The notes: generated by a model from the letters alone, not told the origin. A stretch of 37,430 bases of DNA from Chlamydiota bacterium (GCA_016866575.1 VGMA01000003.1:1-37430), one strand, 5' to 3'; counted from the stretch's first letter, positions 1 to 10,018 are shown. Made by a program: numbers and translations.

Positions 1-88
1 TCCTCTTCTTGCGGTATGTCTAGGAACGGGAAAGGCATTAGAGTACATCGATCGTTTCAAAAAACGAAGACATTTTGCCGCTCCTTAA
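1..88 (+). CDS. mreB: Rod shape-determining protein MreB, C-terminal fragment (partial, runs in from window edge)
   Basis: Frame from base 2 reads PLLAVCLGTGKALEYIDRFKKRRHFAAP-stop (TAA 86-88). This matches the MreB C-terminal PL-x-V-x-G-x-GK motif, and mreB precedes pckG in chlamydial genomes. Confidence 0.85.
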   Translation, partial: PLLAVCLGTGKALEYIDRFKKRRHFAAP

Positions 89-105
89 CTTAGTTAGGAG
101 TATAG

Positions 106-1842
106 TTGAGGGAGTTCATTCAAGACAGCGCTAGGCATTTTTTGCCAAGCGACGTCTATATTTGCAACGGATCTTCAGAAGAGCAAAAAGAGCTGGCGGA
201 CCTTTTGGTTCAAAATGGCACATTCATCGCTCTTAATCAAGACAAAAGGCCGGGTAGTTTTCTTGCCCGCTCTGACCCAGACGATGTTGCTCGCATAGAA
301 AAAAGAACTTTCATTTGTTCTAATAAACAAGAAGATGCAGGACCTTCAAATAATTGTAAGGATCCTGTCGAGATGAAAGCCCATCTTAAAAGCTTGTTTC
401 ATGGCTGTATGAAAGGTAGAAGGATGTATGTGATCCCATTTTGCATGGGACCAAAAGATTCACAAGCAGCAAAAATCGGCATCCAAATCACAGATTCTCC
501 CTATGTAGCCTATTCGATGACAATCATGACTAAAGTCAGTCATGAATTTCTAGATAAACCCTTCATTCCCTGCATCCACTCTGTTGGCCGCCCTTTAGAG
601 GCAGGCGAAAAAGATTCTCCGTGGCCTTGCAACAAAGAAAAATGGATTGTTCATTTTCCTGAAACAAGAGAAATTTGGTCTTATGGCAGTGGGTATGGGG
701 GCAACGCGCTGCTTGGGAAAAAATGTTTAGCGCTAAGAATTGCATCCGTGCTTGGTAGAGATGAAGGATGGATGGCTGAGCATATGCTGATCTTAGCTCT
801 TTCAAATCCTCAAGGGGTAAAACGGTATGTAGCGGCGGCTTTTCCTAGTGCATGCGGCAAAACGAATCTAGCGCTTGTCAAATCATGCTTAAGTGGCTGG
901 AAGGTTGAATGTGTAGGAGATGACATTGCTTGGCTTCATGTTGGAGAAGATGGGGCTTTATATGCCATCAATCCAGAAAATGGTTTTTTTGGAGTAGCAC
1001 CGGGCACTTCGGATGGATCAAATCCTAACGCCATGGAAATGATCAAAAAAAATACGATTTTTACGAATGTAGCACTGACCGAGGATGGCGATGTTTGGTG
1101 GGAGGGGATGACAAAAGAGCCTCCTAGTGGAACAATCATTGATTGGAAGGGAAACATTTGGGATCGAAAAGAGCTTGCAGCCCATCCAAATTCTCGATTC
1201 ACAGTAGCTGTAAAACAGTGTCCAATTCTTGATAGTCACTATGATGATCCCAAAGGAGTAAGAATCGATGCAATCATTTTTGGCGGCAGGCGAGCTTTTG
1301 ATGTCCCTTTGGTATTAGAAGCGGATAATTGGACGCATGGGGTGTTTTTTGGGGCTAATCTGTCTTCAGAAAAAACAGCAGCTGCTGAAGGAAGTGTCGG
1401 AGATATTCGAAGAGATCCTTTTGCTATGCTTCCTTTTTGCGGCTATCATATGGGAGATTATTTTCAACATTGGCTAGATATGGGAAAAAAAATACATCCC
1501 AACTATTTGCCTAAAATATACCAAGTGAATTGGTTTAGAAAATCTAAGGATGGTGGATATCTTTGGCCGGGATTTTCTGAAAATGTCCGGATATTGCGCT
1601 GGATTTTTGAAAGAATAGGATCTGATTGTAAAGCGATATCGACACCGATAGGAAAGATTCCTGAAATCAGCGCTTTTGAAGGATTAGAGATCTCTAAAGA
1701 AGCTCTAGATGAATTGTTTTTCGTAGGTCATGCGGCTGAAAAGAAAAATCTTCTTGATGCAAAAAAATATTTTTCTACATTAGAGCCAAGGACTCCTATG
1801 GAGTTAAAACAAGAACTTGATCGTCTAGAGAAAAATTTATGA
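106..1842 (+). CDS. pckG: Phosphoenolpyruvate carboxykinase (GTP)
   Basis: Motifs GSGYGGNALLGKKC, AEHM, FPSACGKTN, GDDIAW, NPENGFFGVAPGT and HPNSRF. TTG start with AGGAG upstream. Confidence 0.97.
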   Translation: MREFIQDSARHFLPSDVYICNGSSEEQKELADLLVQNGTFIALNQDKRPGSFLARSDPDDVARIEKRTFICSNKQEDAGPSNNCKDPVEMKAHLKSLFHGCMKGRRMYVIPFCMGPKDSQAAKIGIQITDSPYVAYSMTIMTKVSHEFLDKPFIPCIHSVGRPLEAGEKDSPWPCNKEKWIVHFPETREIWSYGSGYGGNALLGKKCLALRIASVLGRDEGWMAEHMLILALSNPQGVKRYVAAAFPSACGKTNLALVKSCLSGWKVECVGDDIAWLHVGEDGALYAINPENGFFGVAPGTSDGSNPNAMEMIKKNTIFTNVALTEDGDVWWEGMTKEPPSGTIIDWKGNIWDRKELAAHPNSRFTVAVKQCPILDSHYDDPKGVRIDAIIFGGRRAFDVPLVLEADNWTHGVFFGANLSSEKTAAAEGSVGDIRRDPFAMLPFCGYHMGDYFQHWLDMGKKIHPNYLPKIYQVNWFRKSKDGGYLWPGFSENVRILRWIFERIGSDCKAISTPIGKIPEISAFEGLEISKEALDELFFVGHAAEKKNLLDAKKYFSTLEPRTPMELKQELDRLEKNL

Positions 1843-3014
1843 AAAAAGTGCTCTTTGTTCTACTTTGTGCTTCAGTAGCTTTAATATGGTGGGGTAAAAG
1901 TGGAAATACTTCTGCTAAATCAGCTGTTACAGAAATTCTTAAAGAAGCGGGAATTGAGATAGATGGTAAAAAGCCATACGATATTACCGTTTATGATGAA
2001 GCATTTTATCCTGAAGTACTAGCCAACGGATCTCTTGGCCTTGGAGAAACCTACATGGCAAATATGTGGGATGCAAAAAGAGTAGATCAGTTCATTTACA
2101 AAATTTTGACTGCTAAAATTGAAGATACTTCCAAATGGCAGCGGGCTTTGCAATACATGCAAGCTAAGCTTTTCAATCTACAAAGCAAATCATTGTCCAA
2201 AGAAGTTATCGATATCCATTACAATCTCGGAAACCAGCTATATGAAAAAATGTTAGGTCCAAGCATGGCTTATAGCTGCGGTTACTGGAAAAATGCCAAA
2301 AATCTTGATGAAGCTCAATATGCAAAATATGATCTCATCTGCCGTAAATTGAAACTAGAAAAAGGGATGAAGATCGTCGACATCGGCTGTGGATTTGGTG
2401 GGTTTGCTAAATATGCAGCCGAAAAGTACAAGGTTTCAGTTTTAGGTATCACACTTTCAGAAAATCAAGCGGCGTATGCTAAAAAACTTTGCGCGAATCT
2501 CGATGTAGAAATCCGTATACAAGACTATAGAGATTTACAAGGATCTTTTGACCGCGTTGTTTCTATAGGGATGTTTGAACATGTAGGCCCAAAAAATTAC
2601 GATGAGTTCATGCAAGTAGCAGACAGAGTGCTAAAAGATGGCGGACTATTTTTGCTTCACACTATAGGAAAAAATGAGTCATCTGATGCATGCGATCCTT
2701 GGATTAGAAAATATATTTTTCCGGGCGGAGTGCTTCCTTCAATAGCACAGATTGCAACTGCATCTGAAAATCGGTTTATCATGGAAGATTGGCATAATTT
2801 TGGCCCTGATTACGATAAAACCCTAATGGCCTGGCACGCAAATTTCAATCAAAACTGGAATATGTTGTCTCAAGATTATAGCCCCACATTTTTTAGGATG
2901 TGGAACTATTATCTTTTAGGATGCGCAGCAGCTTTTCGAGCAAGAGATTGCCAACTTTGGCAAATTGTTTTTTCCAAAAACCGCTTAGCACCTCAGTATC
3001 AAAGAGAGACATAA
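1839..3014 (+). CDS. cfa: Cyclopropane-fatty-acyl-phospholipid synthase with a hydrophobic N-terminal extension
   Basis: Motifs GSLGLGETYM, HYNLGN, YSCGYW, DIGCGFG (SAM binding), SIGMFEHVG, WIRKYIFPGG and RMWNYYL. ATGA overlap with the pckG stop. Confidence 0.95.
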   Translation: MKKVLFVLLCASVALIWWGKSGNTSAKSAVTEILKEAGIEIDGKKPYDITVYDEAFYPEVLANGSLGLGETYMANMWDAKRVDQFIYKILTAKIEDTSKWQRALQYMQAKLFNLQSKSLSKEVIDIHYNLGNQLYEKMLGPSMAYSCGYWKNAKNLDEAQYAKYDLICRKLKLEKGMKIVDIGCGFGGFAKYAAEKYKVSVLGITLSENQAAYAKKLCANLDVEIRIQDYRDLQGSFDRVVSIGMFEHVGPKNYDEFMQVADRVLKDGGLFLLHTIGKNESSDACDPWIRKYIFPGGVLPSIAQIATASENRFIMEDWHNFGPDYDKTLMAWHANFNQNWNMLSQDYSPTFFRMWNYYLLGCAAAFRARDCQLWQIVFSKNRLAPQYQRET

Positions 3015-3021
3015 TTTGTTT

Positions 3022-5010
3022 TTACTTAGGAGATAAAACAAATAAAGACCCATTTGCAGCTTGAAGTTGAGAGAGATTGTCTGAAGCTAATGATACAGGA
3101 AAAATAAAGCTTTTTTGCCGATCGGTTTGATAGAGGTTGTGGGATTTGCTATGCCAAAGCCATATCTTATCTGTCATTAGATCAAAGCTAAAGTGGGTAA
3201 AAGTTCTTGCATCCATGATGGATACTCCCGTTACGCTATTTACAAATACAAGTCGTTTTTCCTTTCTGATGGGATCTTCTGACACAAGAATGATACTAGA
3301 GGCGTTTAAGGGCATTTTTGCAAAAGAAAGATGGCTAGCTTTGATGCAGATGACTCTTTTAGCAGTATCTAGTCTTGGAGCATCATGATTGAAATCGCGA
3401 ACGCTAAGTGCTGTTGTGTTTTCTATACCAGTGGATTCAATAGAGTAAAGATAATTATCAATAATCATCGCATCTAGACAATTTGGTATTGTAAGAATTC
3501 TTCCTTTATTGCTGAATACATGGAATTCTTCACGTACTTTTTTATTGCTAAAGGTGATTTTTCTAGAAATACCGCAATATTCATTTAAGGGTAAAAGCTG
3601 AAAGAGATCAGACTGGAGTTTTTGAGGTGAATTAAAGAAACATTCAGCAATTTTTTGCTCTTTTTTGAACACAGAAACAGCATTTTTCGATTGGGTAAAA
3701 AGAGTGTTTTCATCGTTCAGATAAAATCCTTTTGGGGCTGCACGGCAGATTTCACGAAATGAGCTATTTTCGATTTCTCCAGTTTCAACATTCAGTACAT
3801 CGACATAAAAATGGGAAGATGAGCGGATAATCAATCGATTTCCTGATAAAGAGAGCTCTATTGCTGGTAAATCGGGCATCGAAAACCAGTAGAGAATTTT
3901 TTCTGTGAGAGTATCGTAAGCAACGATATAAGGAAGAGGATCAAATTGAGGATCAGGTGTTTTTACAAACAGCAGAGTGTGTTTGTATAAAAAGATTTGT
4001 TTTGATGGATCAACGTTATGAATAGATTTAATAGAAGGGAGCCCTTCAGTTGAAGAAAAGACCAACTGATTTTCAAAAAGTTGGTAAGGTGCATTGCAAA
4101 GAGCTGATAGGCATGAGCTAAAGTAAGGGTGTATCGTTTCAAGAAGATAGGCAAGTTTCGTTTTTTCTTTAGGGGACGATGCTTGCAATATTTGTAAGAT
4201 CAGTTCTGAAGCTTCAGTTGTTTCGGGGCACTCTCCATTGAAAAGGTCAATAAGAAGTACTCTTTGTTTTTCTAGTGGAATCAAAAATAAAAATCTCATA
4301 AAAAGTTCCATTTTTGATGGCCAGTCGTTCACGCTAATTTCGCGCAAAGTTGCTGATAAAAAATCAAAAACAGCTTCTTTAAGATTAGGTTTATAGTAAG
4401 AAAATGGGGTGAAACTAAGTATTTCACTAATTTTGATATACAATTCTTCAGAAGTTGCTTGGTCGCAAATTTCAATTAAGAGATTCTCTATTGTATCCAC
4501 TTCTATTTGAGCTGGTATCTTAAAATCTATTTTAGTCGCTGTTTTAAATAACCATAAATAGTAGTAGCCAGCACGCAGATCACTGTTGAATCTGTAAGCA
4601 GAATAGAGATCTCGGCAGGTTTTTGCTATGAGTTCTGTCGATAGGCTAGTGATAAGAGATGTGTATTTTTCATTTAAAATGGATTCTTCAATTACATCTA
4701 CATGAGAAAAAATTCTGTAAAGAAGTGATTTACCATCTTTTATTACTCTTGATATGACACTTTCTATAAATTCGCAGTCGATGAAAGCAAAAGGGAATCC
4801 ATGGGCACAGGCGTATTGGATATTATGAAAGCTGATATCGTGAATGAATTGTTTTAGGGTAGTTTCCGTGCAATTATTTGGTGTAAACTGCTCGCTAAAA
4901 ATTTTTTTCGCTAAATGAGCGGAGGCAACGATATGTTCTTGGATAGGTGGTGGTGTCTGATTGTGGCAGTATTTTTCAATTTCATTTTGTAATATTTCTA
5001 TAATTTGCAT
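3022..5010 (-). CDS. Hypothetical protein: helical N-terminal half, beta-strand-rich (propeller-like) C-terminal half
   Basis: 662-aa ORF filling the gap between cfa and dtd. C-terminal blade-like segments (IVAYDTLTEKILY, VDVLNVETGEI, LVFVNSVTG). No recognisable family. Confidence 0.7.
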   Translation of the reverse strand: MQIIEILQNEIEKYCHNQTPPPIQEHIVASAHLAKKIFSEQFTPNNCTETTLKQFIHDISFHNIQYACAHGFPFAFIDCEFIESVISRVIKDGKSLLYRIFSHVDVIEESILNEKYTSLITSLSTELIAKTCRDLYSAYRFNSDLRAGYYYLWLFKTATKIDFKIPAQIEVDTIENLLIEICDQATSEELYIKISEILSFTPFSYYKPNLKEAVFDFLSATLREISVNDWPSKMELFMRFLFLIPLEKQRVLLIDLFNGECPETTEASELILQILQASSPKEKTKLAYLLETIHPYFSSCLSALCNAPYQLFENQLVFSSTEGLPSIKSIHNVDPSKQIFLYKHTLLFVKTPDPQFDPLPYIVAYDTLTEKILYWFSMPDLPAIELSLSGNRLIIRSSSHFYVDVLNVETGEIENSSFREICRAAPKGFYLNDENTLFTQSKNAVSVFKKEQKIAECFFNSPQKLQSDLFQLLPLNEYCGISRKITFSNKKVREEFHVFSNKGRILTIPNCLDAMIIDNYLYSIESTGIENTTALSVRDFNHDAPRLDTAKRVICIKASHLSFAKMPLNASSIILVSEDPIRKEKRLVFVNSVTGVSIMDARTFTHFSFDLMTDKIWLWHSKSHNLYQTDRQKSFIFPVSLASDNLSQLQAANGSLFVLSPK

Positions 5011-5082
5011 ATTGAATCCCGTTTAAGCGGGTAATAATTTAAACAAGATTGCTATTTAATGCAATCATGCTAATATTTAAGA

Positions 5083-5538
5083 ATGAAAATCTTAATCCAA
5101 AAAGTGTCAAAGGCAGAAGTCTGTGTTGAAAATAAAGTAGTCGGAAAGATCAAAAAAGGGCTACTTGTCTACATAGGGATCCATCACAAAGATCAAGAAG
5201 AAGATGCCAATTTCCTAGCAAATAAAGTTGTAGATCTTCGTCTTTTTGAAGATGAGGAAGGTAAGATGAATTTATCTCTTGAAGATGTTTATGGGGAAGT
5301 GCTGGTGATTTCCCAATTCACTTTGTACGGCAACGGCTTGAAGGGAAGAAGGCCTTCTTTTATAGAAGCTGCGCCGCCGGAAGTTGCAAAGAATCTTTAT
5401 GAAAAGTTTCTTTCTGCACTAAAGGCTCTGATTGGAGAGTCAAGAGTGCAGCAAGGGCAATTTGCGGCGCACATGCAAGTCGAATATATTAATGACGGTC
5501 CTGTGTCACTAATCTTGGACAAATCTCATCTTCATTGA
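5083..5538 (+). CDS. dtd: D-aminoacyl-tRNA deacylase
   Basis: Motifs [23 protein letters not shown] and NDGPV. Confidence 0.97.
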   Translation: MKILIQKVSKAEVCVENKVVGKIKKGLLVYIGIHHKDQEEDANFLANKVVDLRLFEDEEGKMNLSLEDVYGEVLVISQFTLYGNGLKGRRPSFIEAAPPEVAKNLYEKFLSALKALIGESRVQQGQFAAHMQVEYINDGPVSLILDKSHLH

Positions 5539-5935
5539 AGAAGAATTTGAGCTCTCTAGCTGCTGTTTCAGTAGAATCAGATCCATGCACAGCATTGTGA
5601 TCGATAGATTCTGCAAAATCAGCGCGGATTGTTCCTGGAGCTGCGTTTTGCGGGTTTGTAGCACCCATGATTTGTCTGTAGCGGTGTACAGCGTCAACAC
5701 CTTCTAGAGCCATGATTACAACAGGTCCAGAGCTCATAAAGCTCACGAGATCGTTAAAAAATGGTCTTTCTTTATGGATGTCATAGAACTCTGCTGCTTC
5801 AGCTTGAGAAAGGGTTTTCATTTTCATCGCGATGATGCAAAGTCCGTTTTTTTCAATCCTGTCAAGGATTTCGCCGATGTGACTTTTTTCTACTGCGTCT
5901 GGTTTTATGATCCCTAATGTTTTTTGCGTTTGCAT
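5489..5935 (-). CDS. ndk: Nucleoside-diphosphate kinase
   Basis: Motifs [23 protein letters not shown] and NAVHGSDS. Start moved to ATG 5935, which has GAGG upstream. Confidence 0.97.
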   Translation of the reverse strand: MQTQKTLGIIKPDAVEKSHIGEILDRIEKNGLCIIAMKMKTLSQAEAAEFYDIHKERPFFNDLVSFMSSGPVVIMALEGVDAVHRYRQIMGATNPQNAAPGTIRADFAESIDHNAVHGSDSTETAARELKFFFNEDEICPRLVTQDRH

Positions 5936-6024
5936 AGATTCCTCTTGGGCTTTTGCAAAATAGGCTAACAAGCATCCGAATAATTTTCTATGAAATTTTC
6001 GTCATAGCGTGCTAATTTATCGTT

Positions 6025-7155
6025 ATGAGCCAGCAAATATCCCCACTTGAAGTAAAAAATATTTTGGTTGTGATTTTTAAATATCACGGCGATGTTCTTC
6101 TTAGTTCCCCTGTTTTTTCTGCATTGAAAGAAGCTTTCCCCTACGCAAATATCGATGCGTATTTGTATAAAAATACTTTACCCATCTTAGAAGGGCATCC
6201 TGCGATAAGAGATTTTTTCGCCTACGATCAAGATTGGAAGGAGCTTTCTTCTTGGCAAAGAATCAAGCAAGAAGCAGCTCAAATGAAAGCCATTTTGCAT
6301 AGAGGCTACGATTTAACTATCAATTTGACAAGAGGGGATAGAGGAGCGATTGCTTCAAGAGTTGCTAAAGCGCGCTATCGAGTAGGATTTGAAACAGATA
6401 AAGGGATGGCAGGCCAAAAACATCTCTATACCCACTTAGTGAAATGGAGTGATACTAAAAGGCATACTGTTGAAAGAAATTTGGACACACTCAGAATTTT
6501 AGGAATTCATCCCTCTTGGCAAGCGCGTGATCTTGTCATGCAATTTTCTTTTAAAGAAAAAGCAGTAGCTAATGCTCTTTTAGAGCAAGCAGGTCTAGAA
6601 GAAGGTGGATATGTTCTTATTCATCCTGTTTCTCGCGCTTGTTATAAAAATTGGACCGAAGAGAAATGGGCTGAAATCATTAAAAATCTTTTAGAGCGAA
6701 ATGAAAAAGTAGCCCTTTCCGGAGGCTTTTCGCAGCAAGAGCTTTTATATATCGACCGTATTTTGCATATCGTAGGAGATGATCAAAGCAAAATAGCCAA
6801 TTTTGCAGGCAAAACTTCACTCAAAGAGCTGGGAGTATTGATTGATTTTGCTAAATTGTTAGTCTGTTTAGATTCTGTTCCTCTTCATATAGCCTCAGCT
6901 GTGAAAGCGAAGACGGTGGCTTTATTTGGCCCTTCTTGTGAAAAAACATGGGGTCCTTGGAGAAATCCACATGCGCTCATTGTGGGAATGCCGCTAGCTT
7001 GCCGAGGTTGTGATCAAGAAGGTTGCGGCAATACGCAAATGAGCGATTGCATGAATGAGCTCAGTGTAGAACTTGTCTATGAGGCAATTGAAAAGCAGTT
7101 ACTTCCTGTAGCTAAAGTGCCGTTTTCCCAATTTCCCGCTAGTTTTGGTAAATAA
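6025..7155 (+). CDS. Glycosyltransferase family 9, RfaQ/WaaQ-like LPS heptosyltransferase
   Basis: Motifs HGDVLL, HTVERNLD, AGKTSLKEL, DSVPLHIASA and LFGPS-x3-WGPW, plus C-terminal C-x2-C-x4-C cysteines typical of GT9. Confidence 0.88.
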   Translation: MSQQISPLEVKNILVVIFKYHGDVLLSSPVFSALKEAFPYANIDAYLYKNTLPILEGHPAIRDFFAYDQDWKELSSWQRIKQEAAQMKAILHRGYDLTINLTRGDRGAIASRVAKARYRVGFETDKGMAGQKHLYTHLVKWSDTKRHTVERNLDTLRILGIHPSWQARDLVMQFSFKEKAVANALLEQAGLEEGGYVLIHPVSRACYKNWTEEKWAEIIKNLLERNEKVALSGGFSQQELLYIDRILHIVGDDQSKIANFAGKTSLKELGVLIDFAKLLVCLDSVPLHIASAVKAKTVALFGPSCEKTWGPWRNPHALIVGMPLACRGCDQEGCGNTQMSDCMNELSVELVYEAIEKQLLPVAKVPFSQFPASFGK

Positions 7156-7734
7156 ACACTTCGTGAGTGAAGCAAACTTTTTATAAACCTTGCTATCACA
7201 CTGAGTAGCAAAAAAGGGCAGATCTGTTTCTAGCGCTTTTATCTTTTGTTTGAGGTTCTCTGCGCTGTGGTTTTTTGCTTCTGAGGTTAAAGCTTCACAT
7301 TTTTGCAATAGTCTATCGATCTTAGCTTTTTGTAGATCGCTAGTTAGCAAAGCGGCTTTTTCTTGAAGGGAAGCAAAAGTTTTTTCAAGCTCTTTAGCAA
7401 GCCTCTCTTTTACAGAAGATTGAAGTTTTTTGTTTGCTAAAACCTCAGCTTTTAGCTTGTTTACCCCATTTTCTAATTTGCGAATCGAAGCAGCTAAAGG
7501 TGAATTTTTTAGCGGCTTTTCTTGGGCATGCTCTTTCACGGAATGAGAATAAGAGTGCATCTTTTGCAAGTGGCTGTTTGTTAAGCCCAAAGGGATGACA
7601 ATCGCACTAGCGATGTTTGCAACATGGTCAGCTGTCCCCAAAAAGCGGGTGTTTTCTTGCTGAGTGATCAACAATCTATTCTTAACTTCTTCAGTATACG
7701 GTGACTTTGTCTTAATTTTTTCTTTTTTCCCCAT
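7099..7734 (-). CDS. Hypothetical Lys/Leu/Glu-rich coiled-coil protein
   Basis: Open frame of about 211 aa. ATG 7734 has GGAG upstream. Heptad-like helical composition, no known motif. Confidence 0.6.
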   Translation of the reverse strand: MGKKEKIKTKSPYTEEVKNRLLITQQENTRFLGTADHVANIASAIVIPLGLTNSHLQKMHSYSHSVKEHAQEKPLKNSPLAASIRKLENGVNKLKAEVLANKKLQSSVKERLAKELEKTFASLQEKAALLTSDLQKAKIDRLLQKCEALTSEAKNHSAENLKQKIKALETDLPFFATQCDSKVYKKFASLTKCLFTKTSGKLGKRHFSYRK

Positions 7735-7834
7735 AGATCTCTCCAATGCATGGTTAATTTTAGACTTGGAAATTGGGAAAAAAGAGTCAATAGACTTCTT
7801 AAAAAATTCTTTTTAAACTTTTAATGCATGAATT

Positions 7835-8578
7835 TTAGAGAGTAAAGGATTCACCAAGGTATTCTTGTCTTACCACAGGGTTAGCTACAAGCTCGTCAGT
7901 TCTTCCTTCAGCTAGAAGCAAGCCTTTGCGAATCAAATAGGTGCGATCTACGCATGAAAAAATCTCTCTTGCATTATGATCAGTAACTAAAACGCTTATC
8001 CCTTTTTCTTTCAGATATTGAATCGTCTTTTTTACATCTGCAATCGTAATGGGATCGACGTTGGCAAACGGTTCGTCGAGTAAAAGTAAAGAAGGGTTAG
8101 TGACTAAAGCTTTAGCGATCTCTACTCTTCTTTTTTCACCACCGGATAAGCTGGCAGCCTTTCTGTTTTTGAGTTCCGTTAAAGAGAGCTCTTCTAGGGC
8201 GTTTTTGAGCCTTGCTTGTTTTTCTTCTTTAGATAGATTGAGCATTTCAAGGATGCATAAAATATTTTTTTCAACGCTCAAGTCTCTAAAAATTGAAGGC
8301 TCTTGGGAAAGATACCCTAGCCCTTTTTTAGCCCTTTGATGTACTGCAAGGGAGGAGATGTCGGAGCCATTAAAAAATATCGAGCCTTTATCTTGGCGTA
8401 AAAGGCCCATGATCGTATGGAATAGTGTTGTTTTGCCCGCACCGTTTGGGCCGAGCAATCCAACAACTTCACTTGGAAAAATGGTTAGAGAAAATCCCCC
8501 AAGAACTACGCCTTTAGTGAAATTTTTGCTAACGTTGCGTACTTCAAGTAAGGGGCAAGGGGATGAGTGTGGTGACAA
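7835..8578 (-). CDS. lptB: LPS export ABC transporter ATP-binding protein
   Basis: Walker A GPNGAGKT, YLSQEPSIFR, signature LSGGEKRRVEIA, LLDEPFANVDP and TDHN. Last gene of the kdsA-lpt cluster. Confidence 0.95.
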   Translation of the reverse strand: MSPHSSPCPLLEVRNVSKNFTKGVVLGGFSLTIFPSEVVGLLGPNGAGKTTLFHTIMGLLRQDKGSIFFNGSDISSLAVHQRAKKGLGYLSQEPSIFRDLSVEKNILCILEMLNLSKEEKQARLKNALEELSLTELKNRKAASLSGGEKRRVEIAKALVTNPSLLLLDEPFANVDPITIADVKKTIQYLKEKGISVLVTDHNAREIFSCVDRTYLIRKGLLLAEGRTDELVANPVVRQEYLGESFTL

Positions 8579-9515
8579 GGTCTTCCTTCCAGTTAAGTTT
8601 GGTTGGCAAGGTTACTTTAACTACTCCCTCACCTTTTACAGAGCTTTTGCCTGTTTCTTGATCAAAAGCTATGATCAATTTTTCTGCACTAAGATGCAAT
8701 GTTTCGTTTGTAAAATCGATCGGGCTATTTTCAGTTCCGGTTAAAGCAAATTGTGTTATGCGCTGCTCTTTATCTAAAAATAGTTCTACGATACCAGGAA
8801 CTGCAGCAAAGCCTAGTTCAGGATGCTCAATACGCGCTCCTTGATCTAAAGTAATTTTATTTTCTTCTCTTGAAAAAAGGGTGTGTTTAGCTTGCAATCT
8901 GTATCCATGTATTACCGCGCCAAGATCATCAAGAGCAAAAGTTTTACTTTCGGTGTCGTAAGATATTTTGGTTGCGATGAAGGTGTCTTTTGGTGTTTTT
9001 ACAGTGCAAGATCCACCTTCTTGATCGCTAAAAAAGTGGAGCGTTCCATCGGAAAGATATTGTACTTTTTCCGCAAAAATTTGATAGAGATTGCCGATAG
9101 AGAGCTCAACATTGGTTTTCCCTGAAATGGTTTGGATGTTTTTCCCTTTTTCAGAAGAAAAATGGCACTCTACATTTTTTGCTTTTAAACAGACATCTTG
9201 TTTTAGATCAGAAATTTGGACAAGATGGTCTTCTTCTGCATTTAGTGTTGCGCTAAGTTTATTAAAATCTACGTCAGCTTTATCACACTCGACAATACGA
9301 CTCTCAGAAAGGGAAATTTTGACCGCTTTTTCCAAAAAGGCGTGAGAGAGTTTGGTTTCGTCATTAGGGGCTTTTTCTACTAAAACTTCTTGAGCCTCAA
9401 AATGGCCAAGTGGATGGGAAATGGAAACGTTTCCTTTGAGAGTTAATAAATTTGAAGCAAGTGAAGCTTCATCAGATGCGATCAGGGCAGCAAGTGTGCA
9501 TATAAGTAAGGTCAT
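8544..9515 (-). CDS. LptA/OstA-like beta-jellyroll LPS transport protein (long form)
   Basis: Repeated beta-strand units (LTLKGNVSI, ISGKTNVEL, ITLDQGARI, VKGEGVVKV) and a hydrophobic N-terminus. Position immediately upstream of lptB. Confidence 0.6.
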   Translation of the reverse strand: MTLLICTLAALIASDEASLASNLLTLKGNVSISHPLGHFEAQEVLVEKAPNDETKLSHAFLEKAVKISLSESRIVECDKADVDFNKLSATLNAEEDHLVQISDLKQDVCLKAKNVECHFSSEKGKNIQTISGKTNVELSIGNLYQIFAEKVQYLSDGTLHFFSDQEGGSCTVKTPKDTFIATKISYDTESKTFALDDLGAVIHGYRLQAKHTLFSREENKITLDQGARIEHPELGFAAVPGIVELFLDKEQRITQFALTGTENSPIDFTNETLHLSAEKLIIAFDQETGKSSVKGEGVVKVTLPTKLNWKEDLVTTLIPLPLT

Positions 9516-10018
9516 TTTTCCTCCAGATTCAAGTGGGCAGTGAAATTTTTGATAGAAAAACAGGGGCTAAGCTCCTGAAAGTAGAAACGTAAATTTGATC
9601 CAAGTCCATCGAATATAAAGTCATTGCCATCATAAATGGACAAATGGAAGTGGTCTGCAAATAGGGTTTGTTTTTTAAAGTCGTAAATAGCTTTTTCTCC
9701 GCGAAGATAGCGCTTTTGTCCGCCTTCACAATAAGAGAGCTCAAAATGGTTGACCTTCTCCAATATTTCATCAATATCAGGTCTAAACTGTAGAAGTGCC
9801 GATGGATAATGCACTTGATACATCACACGTTCTTGATTTTGCGTTTGGAGCAAAATACGTTCAACACCGATGCGCTCATGCTCGCTTGAAGAAGATAACG
9901 GGGAGCTTTTTACACTTACCGATTCAAGAGTCTCAATTTTTTTTGGATCTACAGGAAAAAGAGTAAAGTGCAAAACTGTAAAAAAGATCATCAAAGCGAA
10001 AAGAGCAAAAAGCTTCAT
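9512..10018 (-). CDS. LptC-like membrane-anchored protein
   Basis: N-terminal TM segment followed by a beta-rich region (LRGEKAIYDFKKQTL). Lies between kdsA and the lptA-like gene with ATGA overlaps. Confidence 0.55.
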   Translation of the reverse strand: MKLFALFALMIFFTVLHFTLFPVDPKKIETLESVSVKSSPLSSSSEHERIGVERILLQTQNQERVMYQVHYPSALLQFRPDIDEILEKVNHFELSYCEGGQKRYLRGEKAIYDFKKQTLFADHFHLSIYDGNDFIFDGLGSNLRFYFQELSPCFSIKNFTAHLNLEEK

